Of a stretch of 64,000 bases of DNA, positions 48,419 to 57,458 are shown piece after piece. This DNA comes from Candidatus Cloacimonadales bacterium (GTDB lineage Bacteria > Cloacimonadota > Cloacimonadia > Cloacimonadales > JAFGVF01). The notes below the pieces were generated by a model, which was not told where the DNA came from, made no database searches, and saw only the letters and a list, made by a program, of their open reading frames with translations. Made by a program: the position numbers and the translations under genes. Location of the stretch: the NCBI GenBank assembly GCA_963667035.1, contig OY762964.1, forward strand, positions 2,784,001 to 2,848,000. Direction: 5' to 3'. The first letter of the stretch is position 1. The number at the start of each line of letters is the position of its first letter.

Positions 48419-49084
48419 CTACTTATATTCTACACTTGTTAGTACATCATAAATTTCTTTAGGAGTTGATGCATTATTAATAGCTTCAAGATTACTATCA
48501 TTCATCATCATTTTCGAAAGGTATGAAAGAGAAAAAAGATGTTGCTTATCATTATGTAACAGTAACATGAAGAAAAGATTAACAGGTTTACCGTCCTGAG
48601 CATCAAACTCAACACCTTCTACTGATCTTCCAAGAAGAATTGAAGGTGCTTTAATTTTGCTTGGATGGAGGTGGCGAGGGTGTAGAAGAGCTACTCCATT
48701 TCCTACAGCAGTTGATACTAACTCTTCTCGTGCTACGACCACTTCATACAACCATCTGGCATCTTTTACAATTTTATTAGACTTAGCTTTTTCAGACATC
48801 ATTCTAATTGCTTCATATTTGTTATCAGGGTCTAAATCTAAGAAAATCAATTCTTCATTAAAGTATTCTTCAAATCGGCAAATAGTCTTCTTGAGAGCTA
48901 ACTGCTCCTCCTCTGATTCAGAAAGATTTGAAAGCCATTCTTCTATTGATGGTCTACTAATTCTAACATCCTTACCTTTATTCTCGACCTCAAAAAGATT
49001 GTCTTCAATCATTTCGTTAACGATTTTCTCACTTAACTTCAGATACTTAGCAGTTTCTTTAATCGTTAATAGTTTTTTTACCAT
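48419..49084 (-). CDS. Excisionase-type HTH fused to a PTS EIIA (Ntr/fructose type) domain
   Basis: LLTIKETAKYLKLS HTH; REELVSTAVGNGVALLHPR; GVEFDAQDGKPV. Confidence 0.85.
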   Translation of the reverse strand: MVKKLLTIKETAKYLKLSEKIVNEMIEDNLFEVENKGKDVRISRPSIEEWLSNLSESEEEQLALKKTICRFEEYFNEELIFLDLDPDNKYEAIRMMSEKAKSNKIVKDARWLYEVVVAREELVSTAVGNGVALLHPRHLHPSKIKAPSILLGRSVEGVEFDAQDGKPVNLFFMLLLHNDKQHLFSLSYLSKMMMNDSNLEAINNASTPKEIYDVLTSVEYK

Positions 49085-49196
49085 TTCTTCTCCATTTATG
49101 TAAATTTATTCAAAATCCATACTAATACAGAGTAGATTTTTAGTTATAACTAAATTCTTGACAAGAAAAATCGGCAAAAATATCTAATTTTATGTT

Positions 49197-49712
49197 ATGA
49201 AATATTCAAAATCTATCTTATTAATCCTGATTTCCTTTGTATTATTTGGTTGCACATATTCTGTGTTCTCTAACCAATTACCTCATTTAAAGAGTATTTA
49301 CGTGTCTCCAATATTGAATATGACAGAAGAATCTGAGTTAGAAACTGAGATGTTTAACTCAATTAGCAATCAATTTATTACAGATGGAAGATTGAGAATA
49401 GTATCTCAAAAACCCGATTGTTCTCTTGACATTGAAATTAAATCATATCAGGATAAAATTTATACCTATGATGAGTCTAATAATGTAAAAGAGTATCAAA
49501 TAAGTATGACATTTTCTGTTAAATTTGTTGATAATGTTAATGAAAAAGAGATTTATAGTCAAACAAGTTTACTAAAAACAGAAAGATATCCTGCAGATAT
49601 ATCTGATCCAGATTATTCGGAATCGACTATATTAACAAAAGAAGAGGCAAGAGAAGAAATCTATCTAGACCTATTCAAGACAATAATGTCTAACACACTT
49701 GAGGCATGGTAA
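49197..49712 (+). CDS. lptE: LptE-family LPS assembly lipoprotein
   Basis: Lipobox LFGC-TYS; LPHLKSIYV...NMT; acidic C-terminal helix ending in W. Confidence 0.7.
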   Translation: MKYSKSILLILISFVLFGCTYSVFSNQLPHLKSIYVSPILNMTEESELETEMFNSISNQFITDGRLRIVSQKPDCSLDIEIKSYQDKIYTYDESNNVKEYQISMTFSVKFVDNVNEKEIYSQTSLLKTERYPADISDPDYSESTILTKEEAREEIYLDLFKTIMSNTLEAW

Positions 49713-50462
49713 ATGAATGATGAATTGATTCGTATAAACAAATTTTTAGCAAAATGTGGGCTTGGATCAAGAAGAAAAGTAGAAGATTATATTCTTGAAG
49801 GTAAAGTCTCAGTTAATAGCATAGTAATAACTGATTTATCCTATAAAGTAAATCCAGAATCTGATCTAGTCAGGTATAATGGAAAACTAGTACGAATAAG
49901 CAAATCGACTATTTATATAATGCTAAATAAGCCAAGAGGGTATGTAGTTACTAAAAGTGATGAGTTTAATCGTAAAACTGTTTATGATTTAGTTCCGGAA
50001 GAATTAAAAGACTTAAATCCAATAGGAAGATTAGATAAGGAATCTGAAGGTTTATTGTTGCTAACTAATGATGGCGATTTTGCTAACAAGATTATTCATC
50101 CAAGGTATAAACTTCCTAAAACTTACTATGTGAAAGTTAAAGGAAAGATAAGTGATGATAAAATAGATAAGTTAAAAAATGGCGTAGAGATAGAAAAAAA
50201 GATGACAAAACCAGCATTAGTCTTTTTAATTGAGGCTAATGAAATAGAAGCTTATATGAAGATGATTATTTCCGAGGGAAGAAAGAGGCAGATTAGGCTC
50301 ATGTTAAAAGCTGTTAACTGCGAAGTTATTGAACTCAAACGAACTCAAATAGGAGATGTATCTTTAGGTAATTTACCACAAGGAATGTGGAGATATATGC
50401 TTCCAAAAGAAGTTTTAAGTTTATTAAACATGAGCAGAAGTAAGAGTAGGAGAGATAAATGA
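49713..50462 (+). CDS. rluB: RluB/RsuA-family pseudouridine synthase
   Basis: S4 domain RINKFLA..SRR; NKPRG; GRLDKESEGLLLLTNDG; EGRKRQIR. Confidence 0.88.
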   Translation: MNDELIRINKFLAKCGLGSRRKVEDYILEGKVSVNSIVITDLSYKVNPESDLVRYNGKLVRISKSTIYIMLNKPRGYVVTKSDEFNRKTVYDLVPEELKDLNPIGRLDKESEGLLLLTNDGDFANKIIHPRYKLPKTYYVKVKGKISDDKIDKLKNGVEIEKKMTKPALVFLIEANEIEAYMKMIISEGRKRQIRLMLKAVNCEVIELKRTQIGDVSLGNLPQGMWRYMLPKEVLSLLNMSRSKSRRDK

Positions 50463-51535
50463 AGATAGGGATTATTGGATTATCTAAATCAGGTAAATCT
50501 ACAATATTTAATTCTTTAACTGGTCAGTCGGTAGATACAAATAGCTTTACGGGTAGTTCTGATGTTAATCAAGGTGTTGTTGAGGTCTTTGATGAGAAAA
50601 TTAGGGAGTTTTCGGAAGAATACAAACCTAAAAAGACTATTTACGCAACAATAGAATTTGCTGATTATCCGGGTATGGAGCAAGGTAACGATGTATCTGA
50701 TTGGATTAAAGGAACAACGGGTAGCCTAATCAAGAGTTCAGACGCTTTTGCTGTTGTTTTACGTAATTTTGACGATGATATTGTTAATAGTATGCTTGGA
50801 GAGGTAAATCCAATTAGGGATCTTTATTCCATCGATTCTGAACTTGTATTAAACGATTTGATAATCATAGAAAAGAGATTAGAAAAAATATTATTGGGAT
50901 ATAAAAGAGGGATAAAAGACAATACTATACTTCTTGAGGAAAAAATACTTAACATGCTCTTGAATAAACTTAATGAAGAGATACCTTTAAGGGATGTTCG
51001 GTTGTCTGAGGAAGAAAAGAAGATAATTAGAGGTTTTCAATTTTTAAGTCTAAAACCATTGATGATAGTTATCAATTCAGATGAGAGAAGTTTTGGACAT
51101 AATGATACTTTGATTGAGAAACTTTCAGTTAAATATCAAACTATAGAGTTTGCCGGTAAATTTGAAAGTGAGCTAAATGGTTTAGATGATGAAGACAAAC
51201 TAGTATTTATGGAAGATATGGGTATAGAATCGTCAGCAAAAGATACATTGACTAAGTTATCATACGAATTATTAGGATACATTAGTTTTTTCACAGTTGG
51301 ATCTGATGAAGTCAGAGCCTGGACAATTGAGAATGGAACTATTGCTGTTGACGCTGCAGGTAAGATCCATAGTGATTTAGCAAGAGGATTTATTAGAGCC
51401 GAGTGCTTTAATTATAAAGATTGGAAAGAGTTAGGCTCAGAAAAAGCGATTAAGGAAAAGGGATTGTTTAGATTGGAAGGTAAAAACTATATAGTTAAAG
51501 ATGGAGATGTTTTAAACATAAGGTTTAATGTATAA
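50459..51535 (+). CDS. ychF: YchF/Ola1 ATPase (divergent G motifs)
   Basis: GIIGLSKSGKST; FFTVGSDEVRAW, AGKIHSDLARGFIRAE and EGKNYIVKDGD..FNV. Confidence 0.92.
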   Translation: MKIGIIGLSKSGKSTIFNSLTGQSVDTNSFTGSSDVNQGVVEVFDEKIREFSEEYKPKKTIYATIEFADYPGMEQGNDVSDWIKGTTGSLIKSSDAFAVVLRNFDDDIVNSMLGEVNPIRDLYSIDSELVLNDLIIIEKRLEKILLGYKRGIKDNTILLEEKILNMLLNKLNEEIPLRDVRLSEEEKKIIRGFQFLSLKPLMIVINSDERSFGHNDTLIEKLSVKYQTIEFAGKFESELNGLDDEDKLVFMEDMGIESSAKDTLTKLSYELLGYISFFTVGSDEVRAWTIENGTIAVDAAGKIHSDLARGFIRAECFNYKDWKELGSEKAIKEKGLFRLEGKNYIVKDGDVLNIRFNV

Positions 51536-53754
51536 TGCCTAGTAAAAAGAAGAAAGTAAATAATAAAACACCTAACAAATTTGCTACCAGAGTTGAGTTT
51601 ACAATACTAACATTGTTTGCTATTCTTGTGATAGTATTAGTTTTTATATCATTATTGCAATCTCATAACTCAGTTCTGATGGATTTCTCAAATATTGATA
51701 ATGAATCATACAACCTTATAAATCCGATCGGAAAAATGGGTGTGTATGCTTCGTATGGAATATCTTTGTTTTGGGGACATTCTTATAGTTTAGTTCTGAT
51801 TTTGAGCTTGTTGATTATTATGCCAATATGCTTATTCACTAAGACTATTAAATCTCCTTTAATCAAACTTATAGCTAAATTAAACATTTTTGCTTTATCA
51901 TTACAGACTCTTGTTGCTATAGGTAATCATAAGCATTCAATTGTTAATGGATTAATTAGCTATAGCATTAACACTTTTTTGAAGAATACTTTTAATGTAA
52001 TCGGTGCTATAATTATTTTAGCTTTTGTAAACATTGTAGCACTAGGATTTCTAGTAGGATTTGATAGGTTTGTAAATATCTTGAATTTCACAAAAAAAAA
52101 TGAACCAAAAACTAAGAAAGAGAAAAAAAAGGTTAAAAAAGAGAAAGTAAAGGTAGTTGATGAGTCCGATATAGATTTGCAATTAGATAAAGTTGAAATA
52201 CCTGAGATTGTTATTAACAATCATAAGGATTATAAAGAAGAGACGAAGTTAACAGAATCAAAGATTGTGAAAGATAGCAAAAATGACAACTTTGAAATAG
52301 TTGATTATGTATTACCGGATGTAAATGAGATTTTAACTTCACCCCCAAAAACCAATAAGAAAACTAAAAATGCTACTGAAGCAGAAATAAAGCGAATTAG
52401 TTCGGTTTTAAAAGAAAAATTATCTGAGTTTGATATTGATTGCGATGTTATAAATGTGAATGTAGGCCCGATAATTACTCAATATGAGTTAAGGCCAGCC
52501 CCTGGTGTTAAAGTCAATAAGTTTACTCAGTTAGTAGATGACTTAGCTTTAGCATTAAAAGCGAAATCGATAAGAATACAAGCACCTATTCCTGGAAGAG
52601 GTTTGATAGGAATTGAGTTACCTAATGAAGATAGAGATGTGATTTATTTGAAAGATGTGATAATGTCGGAATCAGTTAAATCATCTAGTTTTAAACTTGG
52701 AATTGCTTTAGGTAAGGATATTTCCGGTATGCCTGTTATGGGCGATTTAGCAAAGATGCCTCATTTGTTAGTTGCAGGAGCTACTGGATCGGGTAAAAGC
52801 GTTTGTGTTAATACAATTATTACAAGTTTAATTTTTAAAAAGCGACCTGATGAACTAAGAATGATACTTATAGACCCTAAGCGTGTTGAACTTGCTCCTT
52901 ATGCCACAATTCCTCATTTGATAGGAGATGTTGTAACTGATCCTGATAATGCTTTGGAGAATATGCAGTGGGCAGAAAATGAGATGGAGAGAAGATATTC
53001 ATTACTCCAAGAGTTGAGAGTAAGAGATATAATCTCATATAATAATAAAGTAACTAAGATAAATCAAAGTTTAAAGGAAGATGAAAAAAAAGAGCACTAC
53101 AATTTACCCTATATTGTTATTATTGTTGATGAATTCGCTGATTTAATAATGACTGCAGGGCGCGATATAGAACTTCCAATAACAAGATTAGCACAAAAAG
53201 CTAGAGCTGTAGGGATACACTTAATACTAGCAACTCAACGACCTTCAAGAAAGGTAATAACAGGATTAATAAAAGCAAATTTCCCTTCAAGGATATCTTT
53301 CCAAGTATCTTCAAGAGTTGAATCTAGTATCATTTTGGACACTACAGGGGCAGAAAAACTTCTTGGAAGAGGTGATATGCTTTATTTACCTGCTGGAACA
53401 GGTTTCCCAGAAAGAGTGCATGGGTGTTTTGTTTCTGATGAAGAAGTTGTTGAACTATGTGATTATCTAGAAACTCAACCTAAACCAGTTGAGATTGTTG
53501 TAAAAAAAGATATTGGTGATAATGAGATAACTTTGGATTATGATGACGACATATTCCCTGAAGCAGCTAGATTAGTTGTTGAAAATAATATGGCTTCGGT
53601 TTCAATGTTACAGAGACATTTTAAAATTGGATATGCACGAGCTGGTAGACTAGTTGATATGTTAGAATCTGCTGGAATTGTCGGACCTCATTTAGGAAGT
53701 AAATCACGTGAAGTAATAGCAAAGCAAGAGGATTTAGATAGATATGGATTATAG
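51535..53754 (+). CDS. ftsK: DNA translocase FtsK
   Basis: N-terminal TMs; PHLLVAGATGSGKS, DEFADL, LATQRPS; gamma domain SMLQRHFKIGYARAGR. Confidence 0.97.
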   Translation: MPSKKKKVNNKTPNKFATRVEFTILTLFAILVIVLVFISLLQSHNSVLMDFSNIDNESYNLINPIGKMGVYASYGISLFWGHSYSLVLILSLLIIMPICLFTKTIKSPLIKLIAKLNIFALSLQTLVAIGNHKHSIVNGLISYSINTFLKNTFNVIGAIIILAFVNIVALGFLVGFDRFVNILNFTKKNEPKTKKEKKKVKKEKVKVVDESDIDLQLDKVEIPEIVINNHKDYKEETKLTESKIVKDSKNDNFEIVDYVLPDVNEILTSPPKTNKKTKNATEAEIKRISSVLKEKLSEFDIDCDVINVNVGPIITQYELRPAPGVKVNKFTQLVDDLALALKAKSIRIQAPIPGRGLIGIELPNEDRDVIYLKDVIMSESVKSSSFKLGIALGKDISGMPVMGDLAKMPHLLVAGATGSGKSVCVNTIITSLIFKKRPDELRMILIDPKRVELAPYATIPHLIGDVVTDPDNALENMQWAENEMERRYSLLQELRVRDIISYNNKVTKINQSLKEDEKKEHYNLPYIVIIVDEFADLIMTAGRDIELPITRLAQKARAVGIHLILATQRPSRKVITGLIKANFPSRISFQVSSRVESSIILDTTGAEKLLGRGDMLYLPAGTGFPERVHGCFVSDEEVVELCDYLETQPKPVEIVVKKDIGDNEITLDYDDDIFPEAARLVVENNMASVSMLQRHFKIGYARAGRLVDMLESAGIVGPHLGSKSREVIAKQEDLDRYGL

Positions 53755-54361
53755 AAAAATTGTCGTTTTCACACTATTATTAGTAAATAGTGTTTTGTTT
53801 AGTATCTCTGATAATGATGCTTATTTAAACATAAGAAATGCTTATAATGATTTGAGTCACTTTACTGCGGACATATCTCAGATAAACACATTTCGTAGCG
53901 AAGATATAAAAATTGAATCACAAGGTGTTTTCTATTACAATAAAGATAGAATTGCAATTAAATACACTAAGCCTCAGATTCAAGAAATATACATGAATGG
54001 TAACAAGGTTCTTTTCTATGATAAAGATTCTAATTCTTGTATTGAACTACAAAATAATGAAAGCCAAACGATGCTAAATCCATTGTACATGATTGATAAG
54101 TATTGGAAGTATTCCGATAAGAAGATTGAAAAAAGAAAGGAAGATTACAAAATTGTTTTAAGACCATTACAAGAGAAGGATTTTACTCAAATTGATGTTT
54201 ATATTGATAAGAAAACTTTTCTTGTTATTAAATTGGTTTATACTGATATAGGTGAGAATATTGTGGAGATAAGCTTTAAGAATATTAACACAATAGATGA
54301 AGTCAGTGAAGACATCTGGAAGCTCAATCTTCCCGATGATGTGAAATATATTAAACGATAA
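53744..54361 (+). CDS. lolA: Outer-membrane lipoprotein carrier LolA
   Basis: Follows ftsK; FTADISQ...SQGVFY...YTKPQIQ; D..ENIVEISF..I...PDDVK. Confidence 0.8.
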   Translation: MDYRKIVVFTLLLVNSVLFSISDNDAYLNIRNAYNDLSHFTADISQINTFRSEDIKIESQGVFYYNKDRIAIKYTKPQIQEIYMNGNKVLFYDKDSNSCIELQNNESQTMLNPLYMIDKYWKYSDKKIEKRKEDYKIVLRPLQEKDFTQIDVYIDKKTFLVIKLVYTDIGENIVEISFKNINTIDEVSEDIWKLNLPDDVKYIKR

Positions 54362-54372
54362 GGAGAATTAGT

Positions 54373-55428
54373 ATGATTGGGCTTATTATTGCTGGTGGAA
54401 CAGGTACCAGATTTTGGCCGGCAAGTCGCAAAAGTTTACCTAAGCAATATCTAAATATTTTAGGTGACGACAGCATGATTAAAATGACAGTTAACAGACT
54501 GTTAAAGAAAATTCCAATTGAAAAGATATATATCAGTACAACTTCTGCCCAAGTAGAATTAGTCAAAAGGGAGCTACCTGATTTACCTAGACGCAACATA
54601 ATAGTTGAGCCAATGGGGATGAATACAGCTCCATGTATAGGTTTAAGTGCTAAATATATTAAGAGATTTGAAGACAAGAACGAAACAATGATTGTACTAC
54701 CGTCTGATCATCTTATAAAAGATGAAGAAGGGTTTATTAAATCTATTGAAATGGCAACTAAACCGGCTACTGAAGGATATCATGTAACTTTCGGTATAAT
54801 TCCGGCATATCCGGCTACAGGGTATGGCTACATTGAATCTTCCGATTTATACGATAATGGGATGTTCCACGTGAAACAGTTTAAAGAAAAGCCTGATCAT
54901 GTGACTGCAAAATACTTCATAGAACAGGGGAACTTCTACTGGAATAGTGGTCAGTTTTGCTGGACTCTAAATACTATTGATAATAGCTTCAAAACGAAGC
55001 TTCCCAAAGTTGAATCTATATTGAACATGATAGAAAACAAATGGCAGGAAGAGGGTGTAGAGGCAGATATCAGTGAGTTGTATAGTCAAATGCCTAAGAT
55101 ACCTGTTGATATCGGTATTATGGAACAAGTAGAAAAGCGCATTGTAATTCCAGTAGAATATGGATGGAGCGATGTTGGATCTTGGAGGGCTCTTGCTGAT
55201 ATTACTGATGCAGATATAAATGGAAATACATTCTTCGGAGATCACATATCTTTAGATAGCAGAAATAACTATATAAGAACTAAAAAATTTGTGGCTTTAA
55301 TTGATATGGATGATGTTATTGTTGTAGAAACAGAGGATGCAATACTTATTACAAATAGGAAGAAAGCTGAGTTAGTAAAGAATGTAGTAACTAAACTCAA
55401 GGATGATAATAAGGAACATCTGCTTTAA
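54373..55428 (+). CDS. manC: Mannose-1-phosphate guanylyltransferase
   Basis: AGGTGTRFWPASR..PKQ, EPMGMNTAP, PSDH, TGYGYI, FKEKP, WNSG and WSDVGSW. Confidence 0.95.
   Translation: MIGLIIAGGTGTRFWPASRKSLPKQYLNILGDDSMIKMTVNRLLKKIPIEKIYISTTSAQVELVKRELPDLPRRNIIVEPMGMNTAPCIGLSAKYIKRFEDKNETMIVLPSDHLIKDEEGFIKSIEMATKPATEGYHVTFGIIPAYPATGYGYIESSDLYDNGMFHVKQFKEKPDHVTAKYFIEQGNFYWNSGQFCWTLNTIDNSFKTKLPKVESILNMIENKWQEEGVEADISELYSQMPKIPVDIGIMEQVEKRIVIPVEYGWSDVGSWRALADITDADINGNTFFGDHISLDSRNNYIRTKKFVALIDMDDVIVVETEDAILITNRKKAELVKNVVTKLKDDNKEHLL
54863..54878. promoter_or_regulatory. parS site inside manC
   Basis: TGTTCCACGTGAAACA, an exact match to the TGTTNCACGTGAAACA consensus. Confidence 0.85.
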
Positions 55429-56247
55429 TGATATGGCTAATACTTAGCATAATCTGTTCTGCAAGTATAGCTAACCTTCTAAAGTTTTATAAAAAAGCAA
55501 GAAAAACTACCGATTTTGGTAGTTTTTCTTGCTAATTACATTCTTGCAACAATTCTAAGTGGCTATTTAGCTTTTCCCTTTCCAACAGTTGTTTCAGCAC
55601 CTGTCATTATACTGGGTACCTCTATTGGCATCCTATTTGTTATTAGCTTTCTATTCTATCGGTATAGCATTATGATAAATGGTTTTCATTAAGTGTTTCT
55701 GTCATGAGAATGTCTCTTGTTATACCTGTATTTTTTTTTCTCTAATAGTATTTGATGAAAGGCTCAAGCTAATTAATTATTTATGAGTTATATTATCTAT
55801 AAGTGTATTTCTCTTCATGGGAAAGAAAAATAGATTAGATAATTATATGTGGCTTGTAGCTTTATTTGTTACTATTGACTTAAGTGATTTAGGCATGAAA
55901 TTTTTAAAGAGATTAGTAATGAATCTGACACTTTTTTTCTTAGTAATTGTATTTGGTGCAGCTCTATTAACAGCTTTAATTATAAACATTGCAAAAAGGA
56001 CAAAGGTTGAATTTAGATTTCTATTATGGGGATTGCTACTTGGAATTCCAAACCTGTTAACATCATTATTCTTCTTAAAAGTTTAAATGGATTACCTGCT
56101 ACAATTGTTTATCCGATCTTTGCTTCCTGAGTCATAATTATTGGGATAGCGGCAGATATTTTTATTTGGAAAAGTAGAATTGACAATAGGAAAGCTTTTT
56201 TTAAATTGTAAATTATCATTGGTGTTATATAAATTAATATTAAATAG
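55428..56247 (+). pseudogene. Decayed EamA/DMT-family membrane transporter
   Basis: ATG overlaps the manC stop; hydrophobic fragments across frames (MIWLILSIICSASIANLLK / VFLANYILA / SVSVMRMSLVIPV / LIVFDERL / GLLLGIPNLLTSLFFLK / GLPATIVYPIFAS); several frameshifts; TGA at 55784 and 56128. Confidence 0.8.
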
Positions 56248-56255
56248 AGGTGATT

Positions 56256-56627
56256 ATGTATAGAATTAATGTACGATCTCATTTTTCTTCAGCTCATAAG
56301 TTGAATGGCTATGAAGGTGCTTGTAAAAATATGCATGGACATAATTGGAAAGTAAGATTAGAGATAAGTTGTGCAACTGTTGATGAAATTGGTATGGCTA
56401 TGGATTTTAATGATGTTAAAAAGTATCTTGATGAGTTAATGGAAATGCTAGATCATAAAGTGTTAAATGAGTTACCGCCATTTATTGACCAAAACCCAAC
56501 TTCGGAGAATATAGCAAAGTGGTTATTTGAAGAGTTTGAAAAGAGAATCAATTCAGATACAAGAAGTATTCATGAAGTAGAGATATGGGAATCGGAAAAA
56601 TCATCTGTTATATACAGTAAAAATTAA
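56256..56627 (+). CDS. queD: 6-carboxytetrahydropterin synthase QueD
   Basis: FSSAH..YEGACKNMHGHNW, LDH..LN, NPTSENIA and EIWES. Confidence 0.93.
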   Translation: MYRINVRSHFSSAHKLNGYEGACKNMHGHNWKVRLEISCATVDEIGMAMDFNDVKKYLDELMEMLDHKVLNELPPFIDQNPTSENIAKWLFEEFEKRINSDTRSIHEVEIWESEKSSVIYSKN

Positions 56628-56629
56628 TT

Positions 56630-57241
56630 ATGCTTAGGATAGTTGATTCCAGTTTTATTAAGAGTTGTACAAAACCTGAGCATTATCCGACAAATCCTTT
56701 TGTGGACATTGCCTTTGCAGGTAAATCTAATGTCGGAAAATCTTCTATGGTTAATACTCTTGTGAAAAGAAAGCTTTTAGCTAAGAAGAGTAATACTCCA
56801 GGAAAGACAAAGCTGATAAACTATTTTCAAATCTCACTCAAAAAAGATGATATTGAAGAAACTTTTTACCTGAACTTTGTTGATTTACCTGGTTATGGAT
56901 TTGCAAAAGTCGGTAAATCCGAAAAAGAATCATGGCGGAGAATGATAGAACAGTACTTCAGAGAAAGAACTCAGTTGAGAGCTGTCTTCTTACTGGTAGA
57001 TATTAGACATAAAGCAGATTCTAAAGATATTTTAATGATAGAAATGCTTGAGAGTATGGAGATACCATATTGTCTTGTTGCTACTAAATCTGATAAAATC
57101 CCAAAGAATAAAATTCCTGCTACGTTAAAAAGTCTTAAGAAACAATTGAATAGTAATACGGATAAATTATTTGCTTTTTCAAGTTTAAACAAAACCGGTA
57201 CACTTCCTATTTTGGAATGGATTGAATCTGAGGTTCTATAA
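56630..57241 (+). CDS. engB: Ribosome biogenesis GTPase YihA/YsxC
   Basis: GKSNVGKSS, SNTPGKT, DLPGYG and TKSDK. Confidence 0.95.
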   Translation: MLRIVDSSFIKSCTKPEHYPTNPFVDIAFAGKSNVGKSSMVNTLVKRKLLAKKSNTPGKTKLINYFQISLKKDDIEETFYLNFVDLPGYGFAKVGKSEKESWRRMIEQYFRERTQLRAVFLLVDIRHKADSKDILMIEMLESMEIPYCLVATKSDKIPKNKIPATLKSLKKQLNSNTDKLFAFSSLNKTGTLPILEWIESEVL

Positions 57242-57412
57242 TTACTGCTTAATACCGGACTTAATTCGAAGCTCAAAATGAGAATAAATTTCAGCGTTAT
57301 GTGTCTTGTTGATGTTGTGGGTAGGGTTTGTTGCTAAAATGTAAGAATGAGCGTTTATGGAGCTTTGGGGTGTTGGTTGTGTATGTTAGCTATCTATCCA
57401 ATGTATAAAATG

Positions 57413-57440
57413 AAAAGCCTGTCAACTAGACAGGCTTTTA
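57413..57440. terminator. Bidirectional intrinsic terminator
   Basis: AAAAGCCTGTC-aacta-GACAGGCTTTT between convergent genes. Confidence 0.85.
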
Positions 57441-57458
57441 TTATAACTATTACTTTGC

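Noticed and set aside
47262..49084. Mobile element suggested by radC and an excisionase-like HTH
   Set aside because: Full-length chromosomal radC, the HTH is fused to PTS EIIA, purE lies between them, and no integrase or att sites are seen
55784..56130. UGA-to-Gly recoding (genetic code 25) suggested by two TGA codons at Gly-like positions
   Set aside because: Other genes end at TGA (for example 18217, 21857, 43053) and the same ORF has multiple frameshifts, so decay is the simpler explanation
57295..57392. G/T-rich intergenic stretch after engB
   Set aside because: No repeat, ORF or stable fold recognised; compatible with leading-strand skew
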